Source: Spirochaetia bacterium
GTDB lineage: Bacteria; Spirochaetota; Spirochaetia; CADAEX01
DNA length: 64,000 nucleotides
NCBI GenBank assembly: GCA_963662265.2
Contig: CAXXHA010000010.1
Location: 160,001-224,000 of the forward strand
Direction: 5' to 3'
The translations under genes were made by a program, and so were the position numbers. The notes beneath the pieces were generated by a model. That model did no database searches, was not told the DNA's origin, and saw only the letters and a list, made by a program, of their open reading frames with translations. The first letter of the stretch is position 1. Each line of letters starts with the position of its first letter. Of the stretch, positions 9,750 through 18,095 are shown in pieces.

Positions 9750-11546
9750 ATGATGGAAACGAGTCTTTCAGTTCTTATTGAAGATTTATCAGTCTCAGCA
9801 AAGAAATATGAAAATGAATATAACGATGATGAGATGCTTACATTTGCTATTTCATTTTGTCAGAGATTAATATCAACATATTGGCAGATTAATATCTCTG
9901 ATACAAAATATTCAATTACTCCGTATAATTCTGAGCTATATGGATATCTGAAAGGGCAACCAATAATTATTGCTGATCAAATCGCACAGTTATTATCTGC
10001 AATGCCAAATAAGGATGCTGGTTTCTTTATTGGAAATATTTATACATCATTACTTCCGAAGAATGTCAGGTCAAAAAACGGCGCTTATTACACACCTCCA
10101 ATACTCGTACAAAGATTATTAACATCTATTGATAACTATAGATTTGATTGGATTAATAGTAAAATATTGGATCCTTCATGTGGTGGAGCTGCATTTCTTA
10201 CAAGTATATCCAGATTTATTATTGAAAAATATAAACATGAATTATCAGCAGATGATTTATTTTCCTTTATTGAAAAAAACATACAAGGGTATGAAATTGA
10301 TCCTTTTGCAGCATGGATCTCACAAACATTGTTGGAATTTGAATTATATGATCTATATCTCAAAGTAAATAAAAGAATAAAAAAAATCATTTCTGTAACT
10401 AATTCCCTTGAGGAAAATTACGACAAGAATTTTGACCTTATCATAGGAAATCCCCCTTATGGAAAAGTAACAATTGAAAAAAACTTAAGAGAGAAATTCA
10501 GTAATAGCGTATATGGACATGCCAATCTTTATGGATTATTTACAGATTTAGCATTAAATCTTTTAAATGAAAATGGATATATAGCCTATGTTACTCCAAC
10601 TTCGTTTTTGGGTGGAAATTATTTTAAGAATTTAAGAAAACTTTTAGGAGAAAATTCTCCTTTAGTTTCTATTGATTTCATAAAAGATAGAAGTGGCGTT
10701 TTTAGTGATGTTCTTCAAGAAACAGCACTAGCAATATATAAAAAATCAAAATTTGTAAAAAAAGTTGAAATATCTGAATTATCAACTACAAAAAATCTTG
10801 ATTCCTTATCAATTATAAAAATTGGAAGTTTGCTAGTTAATCAAAATACAGAAAAACCCTGGCTTATTCCAAGAGAAAAAGATCAATTATCGTTATATAA
10901 GAATATTTCTTCCTTCGAGTATACTTTACGGGACTATGGATTTAAGGTCCGTACTGGACAACTTGTATGGAACAGACACAAGGAACAATTATCAAGTTCA
11001 AAAAGAAACTCTTATCCTTTAATATGGGCCGAATCCATATTAAGAAATGGAAATTTTGAATTTAAATATACAAAGAAGAATCATTTCCCATACTTTAAAT
11101 TGGAAAGAAAACAAAATTATTTACTCACAAATAAAGAATGTATTATATTACAGCGAACAACATCTAAAGAACAAAGTAGAAGATTAATATCTTCAATACT
11201 TCCAAATGAATTTATTAGTCAATATGGTGGTGTAGTTATTGAAAACCATATTAATATTATAGAACAGAATGAAGAAACAGTTTTAGATTTAGTTACACTT
11301 AATATCTTGTTAAATTCAATAGCAATAGATAGAATTTTTCGTTGTATTAATGGCAGTGTAGCCGTTTCTGCTTATGAGTTAAATTCAATACCATTTCCAT
11401 CCCCAGAAAAGATTTTGAATCTAAAAAAATTCTTAATTAAAAATGATAAACGAAGCTCAATAGAAGAATATATTCTAGATATTTATGGAGGCAATATTGA
11501 TGAGTCAACTTCCTACAGTTCAATCGATACAAGACAAACTGGATAA
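9750..11546 (+). CDS. N6-adenine DNA methyltransferase (Eco57I/BsuBI-PstI-like)
   Basis: GAYYTP, ILDPSCGGAAFL, IIGNPPY. Confidence 0.9.
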   Translation: MMETSLSVLIEDLSVSAKKYENEYNDDEMLTFAISFCQRLISTYWQINISDTKYSITPYNSELYGYLKGQPIIIADQIAQLLSAMPNKDAGFFIGNIYTSLLPKNVRSKNGAYYTPPILVQRLLTSIDNYRFDWINSKILDPSCGGAAFLTSISRFIIEKYKHELSADDLFSFIEKNIQGYEIDPFAAWISQTLLEFELYDLYLKVNKRIKKIISVTNSLEENYDKNFDLIIGNPPYGKVTIEKNLREKFSNSVYGHANLYGLFTDLALNLLNENGYIAYVTPTSFLGGNYFKNLRKLLGENSPLVSIDFIKDRSGVFSDVLQETALAIYKKSKFVKKVEISELSTTKNLDSLSIIKIGSLLVNQNTEKPWLIPREKDQLSLYKNISSFEYTLRDYGFKVRTGQLVWNRHKEQLSSSKRNSYPLIWAESILRNGNFEFKYTKKNHFPYFKLERKQNYLLTNKECIILQRTTSKEQSRRLISSILPNEFISQYGGVVIENHINIIEQNEETVLDLVTLNILLNSIAIDRIFRCINGSVAVSAYELNSIPFPSPEKILNLKKFLIKNDKRSSIEEYILDIYGGNIDESTSYSSIDTRQTG

Positions 11547-12582
11547 AATATTTCCTCAGGGTTTAGAAAACAGAGGTTATTTGACTCGAGAAATGGCTGC
11601 CAAGACAATATTTGTTATGATTTATTCAACAGCAGTTGAAGGAACAGATATTTGGATTAGACCTGATCAAATTACAAAAATGACTGATAAGCAAGCAGCC
11701 ATTACCGATATTGATAAAAGAGAAGAATGGTATGAAATGACACTTCGTCCTGGAGCTATGAAGGATATTAAAGATCGATGGTATGCTGCAAATACAAGAG
11801 AACCTATTAGAGATGAAACATTAAGATACGGTCTGATAGTGTATAATGCGGTAATAGAGCGCGCAGGTTTACCTACAACATCTTCAAAACCAAGATATGC
11901 TCTACAACGGGAATTCTATGAATTATTTATGGTTGACGAAAATGCAGATGATTTTATTAAAAATTGGCAAGATAAATATTTATCTGCTGAATCATTAGCT
12001 CGGGTAAAATTATTAGGTCAATCAAAACAATCAAAAACTAATAATGAAAATATTTTGATTGATCTGCCAGATGGTCAGAGAAGAAAAATGCTTCCTGGAC
12101 CAAGTTCATTTCTTACAAAAGCAACTGTAGAATTATTCTGTAAATCTTTTTTAAAAAATCCCGTTGTAATTTTCATTAGTGAATCAGGGAATAAAGTAGT
12201 ACTTAAAGATGATGAATTAGCAAAATCAATTGGATTTAATATTCCAGCGGAAAAAAGTTTACCAGATCTGATAATCGCTGATCTTACTGATGACAATACG
12301 CTAATATATTTTATTGAAATAGTTGCAACAGACGGCCCAATTAACAGAAAAAGAAAAGATGATTTGCTGAAAATTGTAGCTGAATCTTCATTTAAAAGAG
12401 AGAATGTATTTTTTATGACGGTATTTGAAGATAGGAATTCAGCACCCTTTAAGAAAAATATATCTTCGATAGCACCAAATACACTTATTTGGTTTGCCTC
12501 AGAACCTGAATTTATAATGATCTGGAATTCTTTAAAAAATTATAAAATTGCAGATATGTCTAGTTTCATAAATGAAACATAA
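11500..12582 (+). CDS. BsuBI/PstI-family type II restriction endonuclease
   Basis: YAANTREPIRDETLR, PTTSSKP.Y, PD...IEIVATDGP, WFASEP; GGAGG RBS at 11487. Confidence 0.88.
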   Translation: MSQLPTVQSIQDKLDKIFPQGLENRGYLTREMAAKTIFVMIYSTAVEGTDIWIRPDQITKMTDKQAAITDIDKREEWYEMTLRPGAMKDIKDRWYAANTREPIRDETLRYGLIVYNAVIERAGLPTTSSKPRYALQREFYELFMVDENADDFIKNWQDKYLSAESLARVKLLGQSKQSKTNNENILIDLPDGQRRKMLPGPSSFLTKATVELFCKSFLKNPVVIFISESGNKVVLKDDELAKSIGFNIPAEKSLPDLIIADLTDDNTLIYFIEIVATDGPINRKRKDDLLKIVAESSFKRENVFFMTVFEDRNSAPFKKNISSIAPNTLIWFASEPEFIMIWNSLKNYKIADMSSFINET

Positions 12583-12680
12583 AAAATAGTTTCAGTAGTC
12601 TTGGCTATTTTTTTTAAAGTATAAATGAAGAATCCAGACCTAACTCCGTTGAACGGTCTGGATGTCGGGCTCAAAGCACA

Positions 12681-12756
12681 TAACAGCGAATATGCGGTTT
12701 CGCTTCGCTTTACCCAAACTGGCCTTTGGCCAGCTTCGCATATTCGCGGAACGTTA
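12681..12756 (+). repeat. Spacer family B (short attC-like, 76 bp)
   Basis: TAACAGCGAATATGCG...CGCATATTCGCGGAACGTTA; homologous to 17086-17163. Confidence 0.88.
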
Positions 12757-12834
12757 TGAATAATTCCTGACCAAGAAGAGACCTTTATACTCGCCATCCA
12801 TGGCTCGTGAAGAAATAGAAAATCTTATATTGTA

Positions 12835-13164
12835 TTAAACACTTAGTATTTTATGATCTTCCAGAATATTACCATCCATTTCTAACAACTGCAAAAATCT
12901 AGAAGCTGGTCCTTGAGGTTTGTTTCTACCGGATTCCCAGGCTTCAACCGTTTTTACAGATACACCAAGTGCTTCTGCGAAAATAGTCTGTGATAAATTC
13001 AATGATAACCGGATTTGTTTTATTTTGGATGCATCATATTTTGGAATTGGAGAAATACTGACTTTCCTTCTTTTTACTGAAGGTAATTTACCTTTACTAT
13101 ATTCAAGAGATTCATTGAGTCCGGAGATAATTGAGTTATAATAATTTTTATCATCGTTTTTCAT
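12835..13164 (-). CDS. XRE-HTH antitoxin (HigA-like) (cassette C3, 12753-13666)
   Basis: LSQTIFAEALGVSVKTVEAWESGRNKPQGPA; directly downstream of the toxin. Confidence 0.88.
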   Translation of the reverse strand: MKNDDKNYYNSIISGLNESLEYSKGKLPSVKRRKVSISPIPKYDASKIKQIRLSLNLSQTIFAEALGVSVKTVEAWESGRNKPQGPASRFLQLLEMDGNILEDHKILSV

Positions 13165-13514
13165 TTCTGCCCTCCGTTCGTACGTAAATTATTCTTAATC
13201 TGATCTATCAAAGACTTAATATTGTTTTTTTCACCTTTCGTAAGACTTTGCTTTTCACTTTTTCTAAAACAGGCAATCATATGAATCTGTTCAAATGATG
13301 CAAAATCAACATATAGTGTTCTTACGCCACCACTTTTACCTTTTCCTGGAACTGACCATCGAAGCTTTCGCAAGCCCCCTGTTCCTTGAATCATTTTTCC
13401 AGCTTCAGGATTCTCACAAAGCAATATCTCAAGATCTTTGAGATCATCATCTGTCAAATTGGCATCTGCCCACTGTTTTTCGAATGTTGGCATATACACA
13501 AATTCTCGTGTCAT
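13161..13514 (-). CDS. RelE/HigB-family toxin
   Basis: NPEAG..IQGTGGLRKLRW...GKGKSGGVR; toxin-first operon. Confidence 0.88.
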   Translation of the reverse strand: MTREFVYMPTFEKQWADANLTDDDLKDLEILLCENPEAGKMIQGTGGLRKLRWSVPGKGKSGGVRTLYVDFASFEQIHMIACFRKSEKQSLTKGEKNNIKSLIDQIKNNLRTNGGQK

Positions 13515-13519
13515 GATTA

Positions 13520-13549
13520 ATTATTACACCCTATTCAATAGGGTGTCAA
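13520..13549 (-). promoter_or_regulatory. TA promoter with palindromic operator
   Basis: TTGACA, 17-18 bp, TAATAAT on the - strand; perfect IR ACACCCTATT-C-AATAGGGTGT (13526-13546) between the boxes. Confidence 0.75.
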
Positions 13550-13662
13550 GAGTTGAAAATACAAATATTCTAACCTTTAGTTATACTTTTACCTTTTACT
13601 GTCTCAAAAGGACTTCCATGTCCTTTTGAGAATGAAATATCTTAATGGTCAGGAACTATACA

Positions 13663-13824
13663 TAACAGAGAATACCCGGTTCAGGCATAAGCAGTAAAAG
13701 TTCGGGGCTTAACAGCCTTTCACCCAAAATGTCGGAACTTTCTTGTTGCAGGTGGAAACTGGAGGGTATATGATTAATCAAATATCTGAGGCATCCGACA
13801 TCTTCGGGTATTCTCAAAACGTTA
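13663..13824 (+). repeat. Spacer family A, copy 3, 162 bp
   Basis: Homologous to copies 1 and 2; TTGCAG-17-TATGAT at 13746-13774. Confidence 0.9.
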
Positions 13825-13881
13825 TGTTCAATTTTTGGTCTAAAATATGTTTAAAAGGTAATTATCCAATAAGGAATCATT

Positions 13882-14550
13882 ATGGTAAAAGAAATGTACT
13901 TGGAATTAACAGGCGTCAATGGAAGACAAATTCAAAATACATATTGGTCTAATGTTGATAATCCATCAAAGATTGTCATTTTCTTTTCCGGTTATCGATA
14001 TCCTACTGAAGCCCCATTATTTCATTTTCTAAAAATACATTTTTTATCAAAAAATTGGGCAGTTTTAACTCTAGATTATAGGTATAATGAAGATTCAGTT
14101 TTTTTGAAGTTATCTGACCCTGAACAAATGAATTATTTGAATACTGAAGCTTTACTTATGAAAAAAAAATTAGAAGAAAATCTTAATTTCGAGCAGTATT
14201 GCTTTATTGCGAAATCTCTTGGCACAACCATTCTATATAAAATGTTAGAAAATGATTTTATTTTCATGAAAGATTTAAAGAATCAATTTGTATGGCTTAC
14301 TCCTGCAGAGTCTAATAGGAAGATATCTGATTTTATTTTAAAAAATACAATTTCTTCGATTTATGTGATTGGAGATGATGATCCATATTATGATGAGGAC
14401 ATCATTTCAAAATTAAGAGATAATTCTTCTTGCTTATGTACAATTGTTTCTGATGCAGGGCATATCTTTAATCATAAAGAAAATCTAGACTTAACCATGC
14501 AGAATAATTTTAATGTCATTAGGTATCTAATTGAGAAGATTAATGTTTAA
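13882..14550 (+). CDS. Alpha/beta hydrolase-fold protein (cassette C4, 13821-14585)
   Basis: AKSLGT nucleophile elbow, GDDDP, AGH. Confidence 0.75.
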   Translation: MVKEMYLELTGVNGRQIQNTYWSNVDNPSKIVIFFSGYRYPTEAPLFHFLKIHFLSKNWAVLTLDYRYNEDSVFLKLSDPEQMNYLNTEALLMKKKLEENLNFEQYCFIAKSLGTTILYKMLENDFIFMKDLKNQFVWLTPAESNRKISDFILKNTISSIYVIGDDDPYYDEDIISKLRDNSSCLCTIVSDAGHIFNHKENLDLTMQNNFNVIRYLIEKINV

Positions 14551-14650
14551 GATACAACCAGATGAGACCAAAAACTGAACATAACAGCGAATATGGCATT
14601 CCCCCAAAACTGTAGACACTTGATATACTTAGAAACTAAGGAGTATTAAA

Positions 14651-14938
14651 GTGCCAAAGAGTCCCTACACAGAAGAATTTAAAGACGAAATATTAAAGCA
14701 AATAATGGAAGAAGAACACAGTGTTCTTGAAGTATCAAAAGCAACAGGAATAAGTGACGTTACTCTTTATAACTGGCTTAGAAAGGCCGGGTGGAAATCC
14801 GGGGAGTCTCGAGAAAAGAAAAAATTAACAGAAGCAGAAAAGGAAAACAGAGAATTAAAAGCAGAGATCAGAAAGCTTAAGATGGAGCGTGATATCTTAA
14901 AAAAGGCCGCAGCGTACTTTGCGAAGGAGTCCCAGTAA
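14651..14938 (+). CDS. IS3 OrfA
   Basis: YTEEFK, HTH, ERDILKKAAAYFA; A-AAA-AAG shift site at 14899-14905. Confidence 0.9.
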   Translation: MPKSPYTEEFKDEILKQIMEEEHSVLEVSKATGISDVTLYNWLRKAGWKSGESREKKKLTEAEKENRELKAEIRKLKMERDILKKAAAYFAKESQ

Positions 14939-14985
14939 AGTACGCTTTTATTCGGGACAACAGAAAAGCGTTTCCAATTCGCCCT

Positions 14986-15795
14986 ATGTGCAGGATATTA
15001 AAAGTTAATCCATCAGGATTTTATCGGTGGTTAAAAACACCAGAATCTCCTAGAACAATAGAAAATAAAAAAGTGACAGAACTAATCCGTTTTTACTGGG
15101 AAGAAAGCGGTCAAGTATATGGAAGTCCAAATATACATGAGGATCTAAAAGAAGCAGGTTATAGCTACGGTGTTAATCGGGTTGCTCGTTTGATGAGAGT
15201 AGCTGGAATAAAAGGTGCTTACAGACGGAAACGGCATCATGTACCTTGGGTTCCTGGAGAAATTTACCAGAAGAATACTTTGAATAGAGAATTTTCTGTT
15301 GCTGAGCCAAATCAAGCTTGGTGTACTGATATAACATATATCCGAACTTATGAAGGCTGGTTATATCTGGCAGTAGTAATTGATCTATTTAACAGAGGAG
15401 TTGTTGGCTGGTCGATGAAGAATCATCAGAAAGCAATTATTGTTATGGATGCTTTGTTTATGGCAGTAAAAAGAAGAAGACCTACAAAGTCTGTTCTTAT
15501 CCATTCTGATCAAGGGTGTCAGTTTACAAGTAAGGATTGGGAGGATTTTTGTGAGGCCCACTCTTTGGAAATTAGCATGAGTAGAAGAGGTAATTGTTGG
15601 GATAATTCTGTAGTTGAATCATTCTTTTCAAATCTTAAAAGAGAAAGAATCAGGAATAAAATTTATAAAACCAGAGAGGAGGCAAGAAAAGATATTTTTA
15701 ATTATATTGAAATGTTTTACAATACAAAAAGACGGCATGGTCATTTAGGAAAGCGAAGCCCTGCTGATTTTGAAGATAAGTTTTCATCAGATTAA
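14986..15795 (+). CDS. IS3 OrfB (DDE transposase, probably fused to OrfA by -1 frameshift)
   Basis: WCTDITY, HSDQGCQF, GNCWDNSVVESFF. Confidence 0.92.
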   Translation: MCRILKVNPSGFYRWLKTPESPRTIENKKVTELIRFYWEESGQVYGSPNIHEDLKEAGYSYGVNRVARLMRVAGIKGAYRRKRHHVPWVPGEIYQKNTLNREFSVAEPNQAWCTDITYIRTYEGWLYLAVVIDLFNRGVVGWSMKNHQKAIIVMDALFMAVKRRRPTKSVLIHSDQGCQFTSKDWEDFCEAHSLEISMSRRGNCWDNSVVESFFSNLKRERIRNKIYKTREEARKDIFNYIEMFYNTKRRHGHLGKRSPADFEDKFSSD

Positions 15796-15822
15796 AGTGT
15801 CTACAGAATCAGGGGAATGCCA

Positions 15823-15984
15823 GTTGAAAACTTTAGTGCTGTCGATAGGACATACGATGAAGTAATTAAAAAAGGGGCAATATCAATTCTTAAGCCAACA
15901 ACAGAACCTTGGGGACAAAGAACGTGTTATGTGGCAGATCCTGAAGGAAACTTAATTGAAATTGGATCATTTCAGAAAGATTGA
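15823..15984 (+). pseudogene. 5'-truncated VOC/glyoxalase-family gene
   Basis: Frame directly after the IS3 end reads VENFSAVDRTYDEVIKKGA...EPWGQRTCYVADPEGNLIEI. Confidence 0.8.
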
Positions 15985-15997
15985 TAGAGGGGGATAT

Positions 15998-16345
15998 ATG
16001 TCAACTACACCGGATTTTATTGAATTTGTCTTTGATCAGATTGATAATAAATGGAATAAACGATATAGGAAAATGTTTGGAGAATATATGGTTTACGTAA
16101 ATGACAAACCGATATTGCTTGTATGTGATAATATAGTTTATGCAAAAAAATTGGATTGCATAAAGCCATTTATTAAGGAAAAGGAATGTGGATTTCCATA
16201 TAATGGAGCAAAAGAACATTATATAGTTGATGTTGAAGATGATGAACTTTTTAGTAAAATTATCGAGGAGCTTGAAAAAGTAATTAAAGTACCTGTGAAA
16301 AAGAATAAAAGACGAATAAGTAACGTACAGACTGAAAGATATTAG
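15998..16345 (+). CDS. TfoX N-terminal domain-like protein
   Basis: MSTTPDFIEFV...YRKMFGEYMVY...LVCDN; GAGGGG RBS. Confidence 0.75.
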   Translation: MSTTPDFIEFVFDQIDNKWNKRYRKMFGEYMVYVNDKPILLVCDNIVYAKKLDCIKPFIKEKECGFPYNGAKEHYIVDVEDDELFSKIIEELEKVIKVPVKKNKRRISNVQTERY

Positions 16346-16423
16346 TGAAAATGTGAAGCCAAAAATATCCATGTATTTGGCAGAGGATATAATCAATAAT
16401 TTCTAAAAACAAAAACTGGGTTA

Positions 16424-16499
16424 CAACAAGAAATATACGATTCTGCTTCACTCCAACCAAATACGGAGTTGCCACACTTCGCATATTCCTGAAACGTTA
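16424..16499 (+). repeat. Degenerate family B spacer
   Basis: CAACAAGAAATATACG...CGCATATTCCTGAAACGTTA. Confidence 0.75.
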
Positions 16500-16526
16500 C
16501 AGGCAACTACATTCTGAGGAGACTTA

Positions 16527-17078
16527 ATGATAAACAGTGAACGACTTACTTTGAGAAACATCGAAGAGAGAGATATTACTTTTCTTGAAGAAATCTTACT
16601 CGATAAGCGTTTAATGAAATTTATACCACTCCCAATTTCGAATCATGATCAGGTTGAATCATTTATGAAATCATTGATTAAAGCCCAATGTTTACAAAAG
16701 AGAAAACAGTATTTTTTAATAATTGAAGCGAATGATTCAAAGCAGCAAATTGGTACGATAACTGGAAAAATTATTAGCGAAGAAATACAAGATGGTATCG
16801 GTATTCTGGGATATACAATTTTGAAAGAATATTGGGGAAATGGATATGCTACTGAAGCAACAAATACTATTATTTCCTTTTTTCTGAATGAATTGAAACT
16901 TCATAGACTCGAAGCATCAAGTGTAGCTGACAACAAATCATCAGAGAATGTGTTAAAAAAAGTAGGAATGAAATATGAAGGGACTAAACGTAAGTCTCTG
17001 AATATTGATGGAATCTGGTATGATGAATTACAATACGGGATTCTCAGAAACGATATTTCTGCGAACTTTGAATTGTAG
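16527..17078 (+). CDS. RimJ/RimL-family GNAT (cassette 16496-17089)
   Basis: SERLTLR, LGY..LKEYWGNGYATEA, N..S..VLKKVGM. Confidence 0.88.
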   Translation: MINSERLTLRNIEERDITFLEEILLDKRLMKFIPLPISNHDQVESFMKSLIKAQCLQKRKQYFLIIEANDSKQQIGTITGKIISEEIQDGIGILGYTILKEYWGNGYATEATNTIISFFLNELKLHRLEASSVADNKSSENVLKKVGMKYEGTKRKSLNIDGIWYDELQYGILRNDISANFEL

Positions 17079-17085
17079 CTTCCTA

Positions 17086-17163
17086 TAACAGCGCATGTGC
17101 GGTGCTGCATTCGGCTTTACGCAAATTGGCCTTTGACCAACATCGCATATTCGCAATACGTTG
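17086..17163 (+). repeat. Family B spacer
   Basis: TAACAGCGCATGTGCG...TTGGCCTTTGACCAACATCGCATATTCGCAATACGTTG. Confidence 0.85.
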
Positions 17164-17289
17164 TACATCATATCAAAATATTATCGTCATTAGCGGCGAT
17201 TAAAGGCAAAAAAGATTTTAAAGAGAAAGGCGATGTTTTTGAAGTAAAAGACATTTCCTGGATAGAAAATATCAGAGGAAAAATATTAT

Positions 17290-17829
17290 ATGAAAAGATA
17301 TATTGCCTTGTTGCGGGGAATTAATATAAGTGGAAAAAACAAGATATCCATGTCTGAATTAAAGAATGGATTTACAGAACATGGTTTTACAGAGGTTGTG
17401 ACATATCTTAATAGTGGTAATGTGATCTTTTCATGTATTAATAATAATGAAGCTGTTCTTTCAAATGAAATAAAGTTAATGATAAAAGAAAGATTTGATT
17501 TAAACATACCGGTTTTTGTTGTCTTACAAGAAAAATTAGAAGAACTATTAAATCATGCTCCCGGTTGGTGGGGAAATGATAACAAAGAAATATATGATAA
17601 TCTCATTTTTATGATGCCTCCTTTATCTTATGAGGAGTTTTATGATGTAATCGGCAATCCTAAAGCGGAATATGAAAAAGTGCATAATTACAGCAATGTT
17701 ATTTTCTGGTCATTTATACGGAAAGATTATCAAAAGACAAATTGGTGGTCAGGGACTGCTGGCTCAAACATAAGTGATAAGATTACAATTCGAACAGCTA
17801 ATACAGTAAGAAAGATAGTGAGTATGTGA
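17290..17829 (+). CDS. DUF1697 family protein
   Basis: YIALLRGINISG.NKI.M.EL...V.TYLNSGNVIF. Confidence 0.85.
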   Translation: MKRYIALLRGINISGKNKISMSELKNGFTEHGFTEVVTYLNSGNVIFSCINNNEAVLSNEIKLMIKERFDLNIPVFVVLQEKLEELLNHAPGWWGNDNKEIYDNLIFMMPPLSYEEFYDVIGNPKAEYEKVHNYSNVIFWSFIRKDYQKTNWWSGTAGSNISDKITIRTANTVRKIVSM

Positions 17830-17879
17830 TATATAGTAGTGAGGTTAATTAAAATCTCAATATTACTTATGGAGAAAGA

Positions 17880-18074
17880 ATGAGAATTGAAAATGTCAGC
17901 AAAAAAGACTATTCACAGTTAATTGAAATATGGGAAACTTCTGTACGTTCAACTCATGATTTCCTGACTGAAAAGGATATTATATCGTTAAGATCTTTAA
18001 TAATTGATAAATATTTTCCTGCTGTTGACCAACTTCCCATATTCGTGAAACGTTATAAGCAATTAATAAATTGA
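17880..18074 (+). pseudogene. 3'-truncated GNAT (YjaB-like) fused to the right half of a spacer
   Basis: IWETSVRSTHDFL N-terminus runs into GTTGACCAACTTCCCATATTCGTGAAACGTTA. Confidence 0.75.
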
Positions 18075-18095
18075 TTAGTTTAAAGGAGTTCTAAT

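Larger units (their letters stand above)
14594..15822 (+). mobile_element. IS3-family insertion sequence, 1229 bp, inside a family B spacer
   Basis: IR TGGCATTCCCC...CTGTAGACACTT / AAGTGTCTACAG...GGGGAATGCCA; no target duplication. Confidence 0.93.

Noticed and set aside
3644-14585. Cassettes as MITEs or transposons because of their terminal inverted repeats
   Set aside because: IR sequences differ per unit, there are no target duplications, all share GTTA/TAAC cores and one orientation, and they alternate strictly with spacers.
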